Source of the DNA: an uncultured Methylomirabilota bacterium
GTDB lineage: Bacteria > Methylomirabilota > Methylomirabilia > Methylomirabilales > 2-02-FULL-66-22
Direction of reading: 5' to 3'
Assembly: GCA_963705305.1 (NCBI GenBank)
Contig: OY970067.1
Coordinates: forward strand, 2,880,001-2,944,000
DNA: 64,000 nucleotides
A program made the translations under genes and the position numbers. Of this stretch, positions 39,357 to 50,510 are shown in pieces (positions within the stretch are counted from its first letter, which is position 1; every line of letters starts with the position of its first letter). The notes below the pieces were generated by a model, which saw only the letters and a list, made by a program, of their open reading frames with translations, made no database searches and had not been told where the DNA came from.

Positions 39357-41027
39357 ATGCGAAGCGATATGGTAAAGAAGGGGTACGAGAAGGCACCGCA
39401 CCGCAGCCTGCTGCGGGCCGTGGGGCTTTCCGATGCCGATTTCGACAAGCCGTTCATCGGGGTGGCCAACTCCTATGTTGGCATCATCCCGGGACACGTA
39501 CACCTGCAAGAGGTTGGCCGGGTCGTGCGGGAGGCCATCCGGGAGGCCGGCGGGGTGCCCTTTGAGTTCAACACCATCGGCGTGGACGACGGGATCGCCA
39601 TGGGGCACACCGGGATGCGCTACTCGCTGCCCAGCCGGGAGCTCATCGCGGACGCCATCGAGACCATGGCCATGGCCCACTGCTTCGACGGTCTGGTGCT
39701 GATCGGAAACTGCGACAAGATCGTCCCGGGGATGCTGATGGCGGCCGTGCGGGTCAATATTCCCGCCATTTATGTGAGCGGCGGCCCCATGACCGCCGGC
39801 AAGACGGCCACCGGCCGCGTCGTGGACCTGGCCACGGTCTTCGAGGGGGTGGGGGCGTATTCGGCGGGGAAGCTCGACGATGCCGGCCTGCTGGAGCTGG
39901 AAAAGACGGGCTGCCCCACCTGTGGCTCGTGCTCGGGCATGTTCACGGCCAATTCGATGAACTGCCTGGCCGAGGCGCTGGGCATGGCCTTGCCCGGCAA
40001 CGGGACCATCCTGGCCGTGGACGAGCGGCGGCAGGCCCTCTACCGGTCGGCGGGGCGGCAGATCCTGAAGCTGGTCGAGTCCAATCTCAGGCCGCGCGAC
40101 ATCGTGACCCGCGAGGCCGTCGACAACGCCTTCTGCCTGGATATGGCCATGGGGGGCTCGACCAACACCGTGCTGCACACGCTGGCCATTGCCCACGAGG
40201 CCGGGGTCGAGTACTCGCTGGACCGGATTAACCAACTCTCGGACCGGGTCCCGTACCTCTGCAAGGTGAGCCCGGCGGGTCACCACCACGTGGAGGATGT
40301 GGATCGGGCGGGAGGCATCAGCGCCATCCTGAAGCGCCTGGCCGACAAGGGCGACGCCCTCAGGCTGGAGTGCCCCACCGTCACGGGGAAGACCCTGGGC
40401 GAGGTGATTCGGGAGGCCCGGGTGAAAGACGAGGATGTCATCCGTCCGCTCGCCAGCCCGTACCGGGCCACCGGCGGCCTCACGATCCTCTTCGGTAACC
40501 TGGCCCCCGAGGGGGGAGTCGTCAAGGCGGGCGGTGTGGCCCCCGAGATGATGCGACACGAGGGGCCGGCGGTGATCTTTGAGTCGCAGGACGAGGCGCT
40601 GGCCGGGATCCTGGCCGGCGAGGTGAAGGCGGGGGACGTGGTGGTGATCCGGTACGAAGGGCCGCGGGGCGGTCCCGGGATGCAGGAGATGCTCTCGCCG
40701 ACCTCGGCAATCATCGGGCGCGGTCTGGGCAAATCGGTGTCCCTCATCACCGACGGCCGGTTTTCCGGCGCCAGCCACGGGGCCTGCATCTGCCATGTCT
40801 CTCCCGAGGCGGCTGCCGGCGGCCCCATCGGCCTGCTCAGGCCGGGAGACCGGATCCGCGTCGACATCGAGAAGCGGCTCCTGGAGGTGGACCTCGGCGA
40901 GGCCGAGCTGAAGGCGCGTCGCGCCAATTGGAAGGCGCCGGAGCCTCGCGTGAAGAGCGGATGGCTGCATCGCTATTCCAAGATGGTGACGTCGGGGAGC
41001 CGTGGAGCGGTCCTGCGGGTCGAGTAG
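39357..41027 (+). CDS. ilvD: Dihydroxy-acid dehydratase
   Basis: [49 protein letters not shown]. Confidence 0.98.
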   Translation: MRSDMVKKGYEKAPHRSLLRAVGLSDADFDKPFIGVANSYVGIIPGHVHLQEVGRVVREAIREAGGVPFEFNTIGVDDGIAMGHTGMRYSLPSRELIADAIETMAMAHCFDGLVLIGNCDKIVPGMLMAAVRVNIPAIYVSGGPMTAGKTATGRVVDLATVFEGVGAYSAGKLDDAGLLELEKTGCPTCGSCSGMFTANSMNCLAEALGMALPGNGTILAVDERRQALYRSAGRQILKLVESNLRPRDIVTREAVDNAFCLDMAMGGSTNTVLHTLAIAHEAGVEYSLDRINQLSDRVPYLCKVSPAGHHHVEDVDRAGGISAILKRLADKGDALRLECPTVTGKTLGEVIREARVKDEDVIRPLASPYRATGGLTILFGNLAPEGGVVKAGGVAPEMMRHEGPAVIFESQDEALAGILAGEVKAGDVVVIRYEGPRGGPGMQEMLSPTSAIIGRGLGKSVSLITDGRFSGASHGACICHVSPEAAAGGPIGLLRPGDRIRVDIEKRLLEVDLGEAELKARRANWKAPEPRVKSGWLHRYSKMVTSGSRGAVLRVE

Positions 41028-41050
41028 GCGGGTGCCCCGATTCAAAGGGG

Positions 41051-41096
41051 GACGCGGGGGGTGGCAAGAAGGGTGGCCGCCCCCCGTCGTCTTTTT
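41051..41096 (+). terminator. Possible intrinsic terminator after ilvD
   Basis: Imperfect GC hairpin gacgcgggggg...cccccgtcgtc followed by TTTTT. Confidence 0.45.
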
Positions 41097-41219
41097 CCCG
41101 GGTTCCGTCCCACTTGATTCGGCTGCCTGTCTGTGGCAGGCTGAACGGCGGCAACCCGCGGACGGCGGTGGGGGGTGCAGGCGGCTCGAATGTTTCGGCA
41201 GACGGAAGGGGGGTGCGGC

Positions 41220-42563
41220 ATGGCGGGCCGGTTCGACGGCGGGACGCGGAGGGTGGCGCTGTGCGCCCCGCTGCTGGTTCTGGCGCTGCTCGCCGCCGGT
41301 ACCGTCCGGGCGCAAGAGTCTCGAGCGGTGGGTATGCGGATCCTGGTGGTCCAGACGGAGGAGGATATGCGCGCCGCCCTGGCGGCCGTGAAGGCGGGCA
41401 CCCCGTTCGAGACGGTCGTGCGCGAGCGGTCGATCGGCCCCAACCGGGAGCGGGGCGGATACCTCGGGCGCATGGATCCTGCCGCCTTGGCGCCCGAGGC
41501 CCGGGCGGCGATCGCCGGGGTTCGCCGCGGGTCGATCAGCCCCGTCTTCCGGACCGAGGGCGGCTTCGCGGTGATCCGGGTGGTCACGACGGAGGCGGAA
41601 GAGACACTGGAGCAGCAGGGCCGGGACCGGGCCGAGGCCCTGAAGCTCCTGGAGCAGGGAACGGCGCTTGGCCAGGAGGGAAAGCTGGAGGAGGCCGTCC
41701 AGGCGCTGCAACGGGCCGTGGCGCTGGATGCGGACCTGGCGGACGCCCAGTACAACCTGGCCATCGCCTATCGTAAGCTGGGGCGTACGGATGCGGCAAT
41801 CACGGCGCTGATGCGGGTGACGCAGCTGGAGCCCCGGGACTACGAGGTGCGGATCGGCCTGGGGAATTGGCTGACCGAGCGGGGCCGCCACCTGGAGGCC
41901 AGTCAGCAATACGAGCGGGCGGCGCTGCTCCGGCTGGACTCCGTAGAGGCCTGGCGAAAGCTGGCGGAGAGCTACGAGGCCGCCGGCCAGGTCCGCGCCG
42001 CCGTAGGGGCCTACCGCCGCGTCCTGGGGCTCCTCGGCCAGGATGACCCGGCCGTCCTGACGTCCCTGCTTCGGGTGGCCCTCCAGGCCAAGGACGGACC
42101 GTCGGCGATGGAAGCCGCCCGCAAGATCGAAGCCCTTCACCAAGATCATGAAGGGTACCTGGCACTGGGGAAGGCCCTGCTCTTGAATGGTCAGACCGAA
42201 GAGGCCGTGGGCGAGCTGGAGAAGGCGGCGGCGTTGGCGCCCTCCTCGGTGGACGCGCAGGCCGCCCTGGGAACGGCCTATGCCGCACTGGGGCGATCCG
42301 ACGAGGCCATCCAGCACCTGGTCCAGGCCATCGAGCTGGGACCCAAGGATCCGGCGCTCTACCGGACGCTCTCCCGCATCTATGCGGCGTCGGGCCGCCT
42401 GGATCTCGCCATCGTCTCCCTGCGCGATGGCGTCGCCGCGGCCTCGCCACGCCCGCTCCAGGCCGAGATGATGGAGGAGCTGGCGACACTGTACGACCGC
42501 GCGGGCATGACCCGCGAGGCCGCCCGCGAGCGACGTGAGCTCCATTCCCTTCCCACCCCTTGA
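41220..42563 (+). CDS. Secreted PpiC (parvulin)-like domain plus TPR repeat protein
   Basis: Signal peptide; F..VVRERS.GP...GGYLG...ISPVFRT.GGF parvulin pattern; multiple TPRs (AQYNLA, AQAALG). Confidence 0.85.
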   Translation: MAGRFDGGTRRVALCAPLLVLALLAAGTVRAQESRAVGMRILVVQTEEDMRAALAAVKAGTPFETVVRERSIGPNRERGGYLGRMDPAALAPEARAAIAGVRRGSISPVFRTEGGFAVIRVVTTEAEETLEQQGRDRAEALKLLEQGTALGQEGKLEEAVQALQRAVALDADLADAQYNLAIAYRKLGRTDAAITALMRVTQLEPRDYEVRIGLGNWLTERGRHLEASQQYERAALLRLDSVEAWRKLAESYEAAGQVRAAVGAYRRVLGLLGQDDPAVLTSLLRVALQAKDGPSAMEAARKIEALHQDHEGYLALGKALLLNGQTEEAVGELEKAAALAPSSVDAQAALGTAYAALGRSDEAIQHLVQAIELGPKDPALYRTLSRIYAASGRLDLAIVSLRDGVAAASPRPLQAEMMEELATLYDRAGMTREAARERRELHSLPTP

Positions 42564-42716
42564 CGTCCCCCCCAGCTCGCTATTTTCCTTGACAGGGTCG
42601 GGCGTCTTGTCCTACACAGCGATCTGCATACACGAAGGCGTTGTGCCGCGGCCCGCGCCTGGCCGGCGGGGAAGCCGCGGCGGCGGGGGGACCCGACCGC
42701 CATCAAGGAGGCCACT

Positions 42717-44174
42717 ATGCCCGAGCTGCCGCGTGCCGCCGGATCGCTGACGGCCTATGCCGCCGAATTCATCACCGGGACCGACTTCGCCGCCATCCCG
42801 GCGGATGTCCTGCAGCTGGCGAAGAAGTCCATCCTGGATGGGTTGGGATTGGCGCTAGCGGGATCGGTCGCCAAGAGCGGCCGCATCGTCCGCCGCTACC
42901 TCCGGGATCTCGGGTGCGCCGAGGGCGTGGCCTCGGTGATCGGCGGGGACCTGCGCGTGCCGGTGCGATTTGCCGCCTTCGCCAACGGCACGGCCATCCA
43001 TGCCGACGACTATGACGATACGCAGCTCGCGGTGGCCAAGGACCGCGTCTACGGCCTGTTGACACACCCGACCGCGCCCGTGCTGCCCGCGGTGCTGGCG
43101 ATGGCGGAGCGGGACGGTCGATCGGGGCGCGACCTGTTGACCGCCTACGCTGTCGGGGTCGAGGTGGAAAGCAAGATCGCCGAGGCTATCTTCCCTCGCC
43201 ATTACCAGGAGGGGTTCCATTCCACGGCCACCTGCGGAACCCTGGGGGCCGCGGCCGGTATGGCCAGCCTGTTGGGGTTCCCCGCCGAGCGGACACGCGT
43301 CGCGCTGGGGATCGCCGCCAGCCAGTCCGCGGGGCTGCGGGAGAACTTCGGGACCATGACGAAGCCGTTCCACGCCGGGCGGGCGGCAGAGAGCGGCGTG
43401 GTGGCCGCCGAATTCGCGCGGCTGGGCTTCACCGCCGCCCCCACCATCCTGGAGGCGCCCCGCGGCTTCTTCCGGGCGGCCGGCGGCGGTTACGACGAGG
43501 CTGCCATCCTGGGGAAGCTGGGCCGCCCCTGGACCTTCCAGACCCCGGGCGTCTCGATCAAGCCCCATCCGTCCGGATCCCTCACGCACCCGGGGATGAC
43601 CGAGATGCTGGACCTCATCCGCCGTCACGACATCCGCCCATCCCAGATTGTCCGGGTAAAAGTCGGCACCAACCAGAATATGCCCAATGCGCTCATCCAC
43701 CATCGTCCCGCGACGGAGCTGCAGGCCAAGTTCAGCATGGAATTCTGTATGGCCATTCTGCTTCTGGAGCGCAAGGCGGGACTGGCCGAATTCACCGACG
43801 AGGTCGTCAACCGGTCGGATGTCCAGGCCATGATTCGAAAGATAGATTTCGGGGTGCACCCCGAGGCTGAGGCGGTCGGCTACGACAAGATGACCACGAT
43901 CATCGAGATCCAACTGACCGATGGGCGCACCGTCACCGGGCGGGCCGACTTCGGCAAGGGCAGTCCGGCGAACCCCATGAGCTACGAGGAAGTGGCGGAC
44001 AAGTTCAAGGGGTGCGCGGCATACAGCCGGTGGCCGGCGGCAAAGGCCCGGCGGGTGGTGGAGGTGGTGCGAAAGTTGGAGAGCCTGTCCGACGTACGGG
44101 AGTTGACCGGGCTCCTCACCCGCCAGACCAAGCGACGCCGACCGCCGATCGCCCGACGGAAGCGCCGGCCATAA
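42717..44174 (+). CDS. MmgE/PrpD family protein
   Basis: NGTAIHADDYDD, HPT, GFHST, KPFHAG, KPHPS, AKFS, KGSPANP. Confidence 0.93.
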   Translation: MPELPRAAGSLTAYAAEFITGTDFAAIPADVLQLAKKSILDGLGLALAGSVAKSGRIVRRYLRDLGCAEGVASVIGGDLRVPVRFAAFANGTAIHADDYDDTQLAVAKDRVYGLLTHPTAPVLPAVLAMAERDGRSGRDLLTAYAVGVEVESKIAEAIFPRHYQEGFHSTATCGTLGAAAGMASLLGFPAERTRVALGIAASQSAGLRENFGTMTKPFHAGRAAESGVVAAEFARLGFTAAPTILEAPRGFFRAAGGGYDEAAILGKLGRPWTFQTPGVSIKPHPSGSLTHPGMTEMLDLIRRHDIRPSQIVRVKVGTNQNMPNALIHHRPATELQAKFSMEFCMAILLLERKAGLAEFTDEVVNRSDVQAMIRKIDFGVHPEAEAVGYDKMTTIIEIQLTDGRTVTGRADFGKGSPANPMSYEEVADKFKGCAAYSRWPAAKARRVVEVVRKLESLSDVRELTGLLTRQTKRRRPPIARRKRRP

Positions 44175-44447
44175 CACCCTGGATCCCTCGGCCAAGGGGC
44201 GCGGCGCCGAAGACGTGGCGATTTCTGCGCCCATCGTTGACCGTCTGCTGCTGGAACCCGCCCATCGCCTTCCCGCGTGCCATCCCCGCGGGATCCACGA
44301 GCCCAGCCTGGCTATCCCTATCGGCGCGGCCGGTCCGCGCCGGCCGGCAGTCGTCCAGGAAGTCCTGAGCATGGGTCAAGCAACCCCTTATCCATCAACG
44401 CACCCCGGATGCACAACGCGGATCGATTAGGTCACCATTCTCACACA

Positions 44448-44530
44448 TTGTATCCAAAAATAATTGACAGGCAGGGAGACCGGCGTATATTTCATGCATT
44501 ACGCGGCTACAAATATAAGATTGGATACAA
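44448..44530 (+). promoter_or_regulatory. sigma70 promoter (TTGACA 44464, TATATT 44486) flanked by two GntR/FadR-type operators, TTGTATCCAA (44448) and TTGGATACAA (44521)
   Basis: The two 10-mers are exact reverse complements and near-palindromic; they lie directly upstream of a GntR gene. Confidence 0.75.
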
Positions 44531-44536
44531 AAAGTC

Positions 44537-45211
44537 ATGCCGGCCCAATCAGATACGCTCCCGGCCAGGGAGCGCGCCTACGAATTCCTGAAGGCCTCCA
44601 TCCTGGAAGGGCGATTCAATCCCGGGGAACGCCTGACGGAGGAGCACCTGGCCAAGGAGCTCGGCATTAGCCGCACCCCCGTCCGTGAGGCCCTCCACAA
44701 GCTCGAATCGGAGGGGCTGATCAAGCCGTTGGCGACGCGGGGATTCATCGCCTCGCCAGACTCGAAAGAAGAGATCCGGGAGCTCTTCGAGATCCGAGCC
44801 GTCCTGGAAGGCTATGCCTTGCGGGTTATCTGCGGCCGCCTCACCGGGCCCCTGCTCGGCCAGTTGGAGGAGGCCGTCGCCAGCGCCGAGGAGGCGCTGG
44901 GACGGGGCAGCCTGGACGAGGTCTTCCGCTGGAACACCCGGTTTCACGACACGCTCCACGAGCTGATCACCGACAAGCACCGGCTCTACCATCAGATGGT
45001 CACCATGCGGCAATACGTGCTGCGGTACCGCAAGAACACGCTGCAGTATCCGGACGGGGGGAGGCGGACGGTGGAGGGCCACCGCAAGATCCTCCTGGCC
45101 CTGCGCCTCCGGGATCCCGACCTGTCCGAGCGCCTGATGCGGGAGCACATCGAGCAGTCCATGAGGGACGCCTTACAATTCCTCTTCGAGAAGAACAAGG
45201 AGGTGATGTGA
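44537..45211 (+). CDS. GntR family (FCD) transcriptional regulator
   Basis: PGERLTE..LAKELGISRTPVREAL; FCD domain with FHDTL and EGHRKI. Confidence 0.95.
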   Translation: MPAQSDTLPARERAYEFLKASILEGRFNPGERLTEEHLAKELGISRTPVREALHKLESEGLIKPLATRGFIASPDSKEEIRELFEIRAVLEGYALRVICGRLTGPLLGQLEEAVASAEEALGRGSLDEVFRWNTRFHDTLHELITDKHRLYHQMVTMRQYVLRYRKNTLQYPDGGRRTVEGHRKILLALRLRDPDLSERLMREHIEQSMRDALQFLFEKNKEVM

Positions 45212-45213
45212 GC

Positions 45214-45528
45214 ATGCCCAAGCATATCGAGGTCCTCGTGGACAAGTGCACGGGGTGCAAGCTCTGCGAGCTCGCCTGCTCCGCGATCAAGACGGGAGAG
45301 TTCAATCCCAGGGATTCCAGGATCAAGGTCGTCCTGGTCGATATCCCGGAAATCCCGGTGCCCATCCTGACCGAGGATTGTGACTACTGCTTCGGGAATC
45401 CGGCCTGCGTGGGCGTCTGCCTTCCCCAGGCCATCGTGTGGAGAGAGATGGACGCCCAGCCCGCGCGGCCGAAGCTCAGCGAGGCCAAGGCGATCGCCCA
45501 GGCGTGGCTCCAGTCGGTGAGCCGCTGA
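45214..45528 (+). CDS. 4Fe-4S dicluster ferredoxin-like protein (AOR partner)
   Basis: CTGCKLCELAC and CDYC...PACVGVC. Confidence 0.88.
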   Translation: MPKHIEVLVDKCTGCKLCELACSAIKTGEFNPRDSRIKVVLVDIPEIPVPILTEDCDYCFGNPACVGVCLPQAIVWREMDAQPARPKLSEAKAIAQAWLQSVSR

Positions 45529-45537
45529 GGAGACAGC

Positions 45538-45822
45538 GTGGCGAGGGTAAGCGTGAAGGGCTTCTCGGTGGTCCGGGACGCGCTCGGCGCCAGCGTCGTC
45601 GAGGTTGATGTGCTCCCTCCCGAGACCGTCAAGAGGACACTGGGGACGCTGCTGGAGAAATACGAGCGCCTCAAACAGGTGCTCGTGGATCCGGAGACCG
45701 GGGAGACCGCCCCGTTCCTGCTCGTGCACAACGGGAAGGTCATTTCTTCGACCCTGGACGCAGACAGATCGGTGAAAAGCGGAGATGAGCTCGTTCTCAT
45801 TTTTCCCATCGGAGGAGGTTGA
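45538..45822 (+). CDS. MoaD/ThiS family sulfur carrier
   Basis: Ubiquitin-like size, C-terminal PIGGG. Confidence 0.88.
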   Translation: MARVSVKGFSVVRDALGASVVEVDVLPPETVKRTLGTLLEKYERLKQVLVDPETGETAPFLLVHNGKVISSTLDADRSVKSGDELVLIFPIGGG

Positions 45823-45824
45823 TC

Positions 45825-47685
45825 GTGGCAAACGGGTTCAAGTACGGCGGCTATAAAGGGCAGATGCTCAGAGTCAACCTGACCAGGAAGGCGGCCAGCA
45901 CCGAGCCCCTGCGTGAGGACTGGGCGCGGGACTTTGTGGGCGGCGTGGGCTACGCGGCCCGCCTTCTCTACGGAGCGATCCCGCCCAAAGCCGATCCGCT
46001 GGGTCCCCAGAACACGCTCGTTTTCATGACCGGCCCGGTCAACGGCACCATGATCCCGGCAGCCTCGCGGGCCACCGCCTGCGCCAAGTCCCCGCTGACC
46101 GGCTCCTTCTTCCACAGTATATTCGGCGGGTATTTCGGCCCCGAGTTGAAGTTCGCCGGCTACGACGGCCTGATCGTGGAGGGGAAGGCGAGCAAGCCGG
46201 TCTACCTCTGGATCGACGATGACCGGATCGAGATCCGCGACGCCTCCCATCTGTGGGGCAAGAATCCCTTCAAGGCTCAGGAGATGATCCGCGGGGAGAT
46301 CGGCGACGAGGCAATCCATGTGGCGGTTATCGGCGAGGCAGGCGAGCGCGGGACCGCGTACGCCATGATCCTCCTGGACATCCGGGCCGCGGGCCGCGGG
46401 GGGATCGGTGCCGTGATGGGGTCCAAGAACCTCAAAGCCATCGCGGTGCGTGGCACGGGCGGCGTCAGGGTCCCCAACATGCTGCGGGTGTACAACACCA
46501 CCCAGCGGCTCAACGAGCTGGTGGCCACCAATCCGGCGGTGAAGGGTCTGTCCGACTACGGCACCCCCCGCAACGTGGCCAGCATGAACGCCGCAGGCAT
46601 CCTGCCCACCCGCAACTGGCAGACCGAAGTGTTCCCCAAGGTGGACGGCATCACCGGGGAGACCATGAAGGAGAAGGTGGTCAAGGGCCACCGCGCGTGC
46701 TTCGCCTGCTCCATCAACTGCACCAAATACAGCGTGGTTCCCTCCGGGAAATACAAGTCCATCATCAACGGGCCCGACTATGAGACGGTCTACGGCTTCG
46801 GCAGCATCTGCGAGGTGGATGACATCCAGGCCCTGTGCAAGGTAGACGAGGTCTGCGACGAGTACGGCATCGATCTGATCCAGGCCTCCATGAGCGTGGC
46901 CTGGGCCATGGAGTGCTACGAGAAGGGCATCTTCACCAAGGAAGACACGGGGGGCCTCGAGCTCACCTGGGGGAACGCCGATGCCATGATCCGCCTGACC
47001 GAGATGATCGGCAGGGCGGAGGGTCTAGGCGCCCTGCTGGCCAAGGGGACCCGCGAGGCCGCCAGGATCGTCGGCAAGGGCTCCGAGCGCTTCGTCATCA
47101 GCAACAAGGGGACGGACTGGCCCGGCCATACCTGCCGGCCATTTCCGGCCGCGGCAGTCGGCTATGCCACCGGCCCGCGGGGAGGCAGCCACCACGACAT
47201 CCGGCCCACCCCGGAAAAGAGCGGCCTGGTGGACCGCAAGGTTCTGGACGGCAAGGGCGGGGTGGCGGCCGAGATCAACCACTGGCTGATCCTGGCCGAC
47301 TCGGCCCTCGTCTGCCACCTGGGCGAGCCCATCTGGGGCCCGCTGAAGATCAACGACAACCTGGTGGAGGCGTTGAACGCCGTCACCGGGTGGAATCTCA
47401 ACTTCGATCAGGCGCGGAAGATCGCTGAGCGGCAGTGGAATATGATCCGCTGCTTCGCGGCCCGGGAGGGGTTCACACGCAAGGACGACCAGCTTCCCGT
47501 CCGGTTCAAGACGGAGCCCGTTCCCGAAGGACCCATGCAGGGGAGCCTGATCTCCGAGGAGACCCTCGAGCGGCTAAAGGACGACTACTACACCTATCGC
47601 GGTTGGGATCTAAAGTCCGGCAATCCGACCAAGGCGAAGCTGGCCGAGCTTGGGCTGGAATTCGCCGCCAAGGACGTTCTGCTGA
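45825..47685 (+). CDS. Tungsten-dependent aldehyde:ferredoxin oxidoreductase (WOR family); true stop probably 47683-47685 after correcting a +1 at 47673-47679
   Basis: KSPLTG, GRGGIGAVMGSKNLKAI, CFACSINC, DEYGID, YY.YRGW; the uncorrected frame runs on to 47978 with a non-homologous tail. Confidence 0.92.
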
Positions 47686-47902
47686 CGTTTGTTCACGACT
47701 CGGTGAGTCTTGACTCGGATCGGGGATGCCCAGACCGAGAGGCGTTGCATCGACGCGAGCAAGGGGAAGCGGGCGGAGGATGGCCGCCCATCACCGCCCC
47801 CATCTACGCCGCAGGGAGCCGCTGGCGGGGGGCGGGTCCCCGGGACGGGGGCGGCAGGTGCACCGCATGGGATCCGGATGTCCGGCAGGGTCCGGGCGGG
47901 CG

Positions 47903-48715
47903 TCAGCGTCCCCGCCACGTCGGCGCGCGCTTTTCCAGGAACGCCGAGACGCCCTCCTTGAAATCCTCGCTCAAATAGCACATCAGGTACAGGTCGGGCG
48001 TCTCCTCGATGCGGCCATGCCCCAGCAGCCGCCGCATGCCCTCCTTGATAGAGCGAATGGTCAGCGGTGCGGCCCCGGCGATGTCCGCGGCCAGCTGGCG
48101 CGCGCACGGCTCGAGGGCGTCGGCGGCGACGACCTCGCTGAACAGGCCGGCGGCCTTTCCCTCTTCAGCGTCGAGGAAGCGCGCGGTGAAGAGCAGCTCC
48201 TTGGCGCGCGCCGGCCCCGCCAGTGCCGCCAGCCGCGCCAGGTTCTGGGCGGACAGGGTGTTGCCCAGCGTGCGCGCGATCGGCACGCCGAACGTGGCGT
48301 CCTGGCTGGCAATGCGCAGGTCGCAGGCCAGGGCGATCACCGCCCCGCCCCCGGCACAGACGCCGCGGATCATCGCCAGCGTGGGCTTGCGCACTGCCTC
48401 CAGTCGGCTGACGATCCGGTTCAAGTTCCGCTCGTAGCTCAAGGCGTCGTCGGCCGTCTGAAAGGCCTGGAACTGCGAGATGTCGGTGCCCGCCACGAAG
48501 GCGCGATCGCCGGCGCCGCGCAGGATGCAGATGCGGACAGCCTCCTCGGCATCCACGCGCTCGCAGGCCGCGTGCAATCCCTCGTACATGGGCCAGGTCA
48601 TGGCATTGCGAACCTGTGGACGGTTGAACGTCAGCCACGCCACCGGGCCCTCGAGCTCGAACACCAGATCCTGCGTGCCCAGATCAATCCGCGTTTTCTC
48701 GATATAGTCCGTCAT
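47903..48715 (-). CDS. Enoyl-CoA hydratase/isomerase family protein
   Basis: FNRPQVRNAM, AFVAGTDI, CAGGG...ACDLR, SEDFKEGVSAFLEKR. Confidence 0.92.
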   Translation of the reverse strand: MTDYIEKTRIDLGTQDLVFELEGPVAWLTFNRPQVRNAMTWPMYEGLHAACERVDAEEAVRICILRGAGDRAFVAGTDISQFQAFQTADDALSYERNLNRIVSRLEAVRKPTLAMIRGVCAGGGAVIALACDLRIASQDATFGVPIARTLGNTLSAQNLARLAALAGPARAKELLFTARFLDAEEGKAAGLFSEVVAADALEPCARQLAADIAGAAPLTIRSIKEGMRRLLGHGRIEETPDLYLMCYLSEDFKEGVSAFLEKRAPTWRGR

Positions 48716-49147
48716 GGGTGCCCTTTCTTCCGAAGCCGGAGGGTAGAACGCCCGGCCGCAGCCGTGGGGGGAGAAAAGTCCGGCCGGGCGAGTTCTGGGC
48801 CGCGAAAGGTGGCGACTCCGAAGGCGCCGGCGACCCGACTCCGCACAAGACCGCACGTGCTGGGGAACCTAGCAACGCCGGCAGGCCGCTGTCAAGGGTG
48901 CTGTCGAGACATGCGGGGTCGCCAGGGCATCGCCCCGGCAGCGGACGCGATCAGCGGGGGAAGACGCCTATCGGCCCGGCCGACCGAACATGCGGGCAGG
49001 TTTGCCTTGACAGGGGGAATTTCTGTGGAGTAGTCATACGGAAGCCCGCGGCTTTACTACCTGCCCGTGAGGGACCAGCGCTGCTGGTCCGCATATCCAC
49101 GCGAGCAACAGTTCATGATGGGACACCGGGGTCGAACGGGGGCGCGG

Positions 49148-49320
49148 ATGCGCATCGAGCACTCCAAGCGCGTTGCCTGTGTGAACCGCGTGCCCGTCTG
49201 CCCCATGGGGCCAGCCACGTCGACCCGGGGATCCACCGGGCCGGGCTGGTCGAGGATGCCCGCGTGGAGTGCCGCCCCTGCTCCCGGAAGATGAGCGCGG
49301 AACGCCTGCGGCCGTCCCGG
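49148..49320 (+). pseudogene. Decayed 4Fe-4S binding protein N-terminus
   Basis: MRIEHSK-R-VAC-VN-R-VPVCPMG, then in another frame ...VECRPC; Cys positions replaced by Arg, plus a frameshift. Confidence 0.55.
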
Positions 49321-49460
49321 GCTGACGCCGGGGCGCGCTGAGGGGCTCTTCTCCGGGCCGGGCCGCGTAAAGGCCGGCTCGCGGAGGGGAAAAGCCACCG
49401 CGCCGGGACGGAGTCCCGGCAGGCTCAACTCGTTGTGCCGAGCGCAGAAGGAGGGACGCT

Positions 49461-50465
49461 ATGCGCGCAGGAACGCAGTGGAGCAGGATCTGGCGAGTGG
49501 GGGCGGTCGCGGCCTTGGGACTGGCCTTGGTCGCGGGGTGGGCGCCGCCTGCCGGCGCCGCGACGGTCATCCGAATGGGCGACGTAGGGTACCCGGATTC
49601 GCTGCTCGCTCTCCAAACCGATGAGTTCGCGAAGCGAGTGAACGAGGCTCTCAAGGGCCGGGTCGAGGTCAAGGTCTTCCACGCCAGCCAGCTCGGCTCC
49701 GACGAGGAGATGCTCAAGGGAATCAAGGTCGGGGTCCTGGAAATGTTCCAGCCGTCCACGGTCATGAGCACCGTGGATCCGGGGTTCGGCGTATTCGAGA
49801 TGCCGTACCTCTTCAAGGATCGCGCCCAGGTGAAGCGGGTGGCCGAGGATCCGCAGATTCAGAAACTGCTGTTCGGGTCGCTCCCCGAAAAGGGGCTCCG
49901 GATCCTGGGGATGTGGGAGAACGGCTACCGGGTCATCACCAACAATGTGCGTCCCATCGTCAAACCTGAGGATCTGAAGGGGATCAAGCTGCGCGTCCCC
50001 GGAGGCGTCTGGCGCGTCAAGATGTTCAAAGCCTACGGGGCCAACCCGACGCCCATGGCCTATTCGGACGTCTTCGCCGCCTTGCAGGCTGGGGTCATGG
50101 ACGGCCAGGAGAACCCCTTCGCCCAGATCTACGGTGGGAAGTTCTACGAGGTGCAGAAGTACCTGTCCCTGACGGACCACGTCTACACGCCGTCCTATGC
50201 CGTAATCTCCGAGCGGTTCTGGAAGACGCTGCCCCCCGACGTACAACAGGTTCTGGCCAAGATCGCGGTGGAGGTGGGGGATTACGGCCGCAAGGAAGGG
50301 GCCCGGATGGACACGGACCTCGAAGGGAAGATGCAGAAGTACCTCAAGGTCAACGAGGTGGACAAGGAGGCCTTCGTCGAGGCGTCCAAGCCCATCTACG
50401 AGGAGTTCACGAAAGAGGTCAAGGGAGGCAAGGAGCTGGTGGACCGGATCATGGCCTTGCGGTAG
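49461..50465 (+). CDS. dctP: TRAP transporter substrate-binding protein
   Basis: SQLGSD, ENGYR, DLKGIKLRVP, ALQAGVMDGQENP, EVQKYL. Confidence 0.95.
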   Translation: MRAGTQWSRIWRVGAVAALGLALVAGWAPPAGAATVIRMGDVGYPDSLLALQTDEFAKRVNEALKGRVEVKVFHASQLGSDEEMLKGIKVGVLEMFQPSTVMSTVDPGFGVFEMPYLFKDRAQVKRVAEDPQIQKLLFGSLPEKGLRILGMWENGYRVITNNVRPIVKPEDLKGIKLRVPGGVWRVKMFKAYGANPTPMAYSDVFAALQAGVMDGQENPFAQIYGGKFYEVQKYLSLTDHVYTPSYAVISERFWKTLPPDVQQVLAKIAVEVGDYGRKEGARMDTDLEGKMQKYLKVNEVDKEAFVEASKPIYEEFTKEVKGGKELVDRIMALR

Positions 50466-50510
50466 AACGGCACAGCCGCCAAAGATGCCGGTGGGGAAGG
50501 AGGGAGGTCC

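Noticed and set aside
35433..42545. 2370-aa minus-strand ORF
   Set aside because: Antisense shadow of the ABC, ilvD and TPR genes in high-GC DNA; no recognisable domains
47686..47978. C-terminal extension of AOR
   Set aside because: Explained by the extra T at 47673-47679; the tail is non-homologous and overlaps the convergent gene
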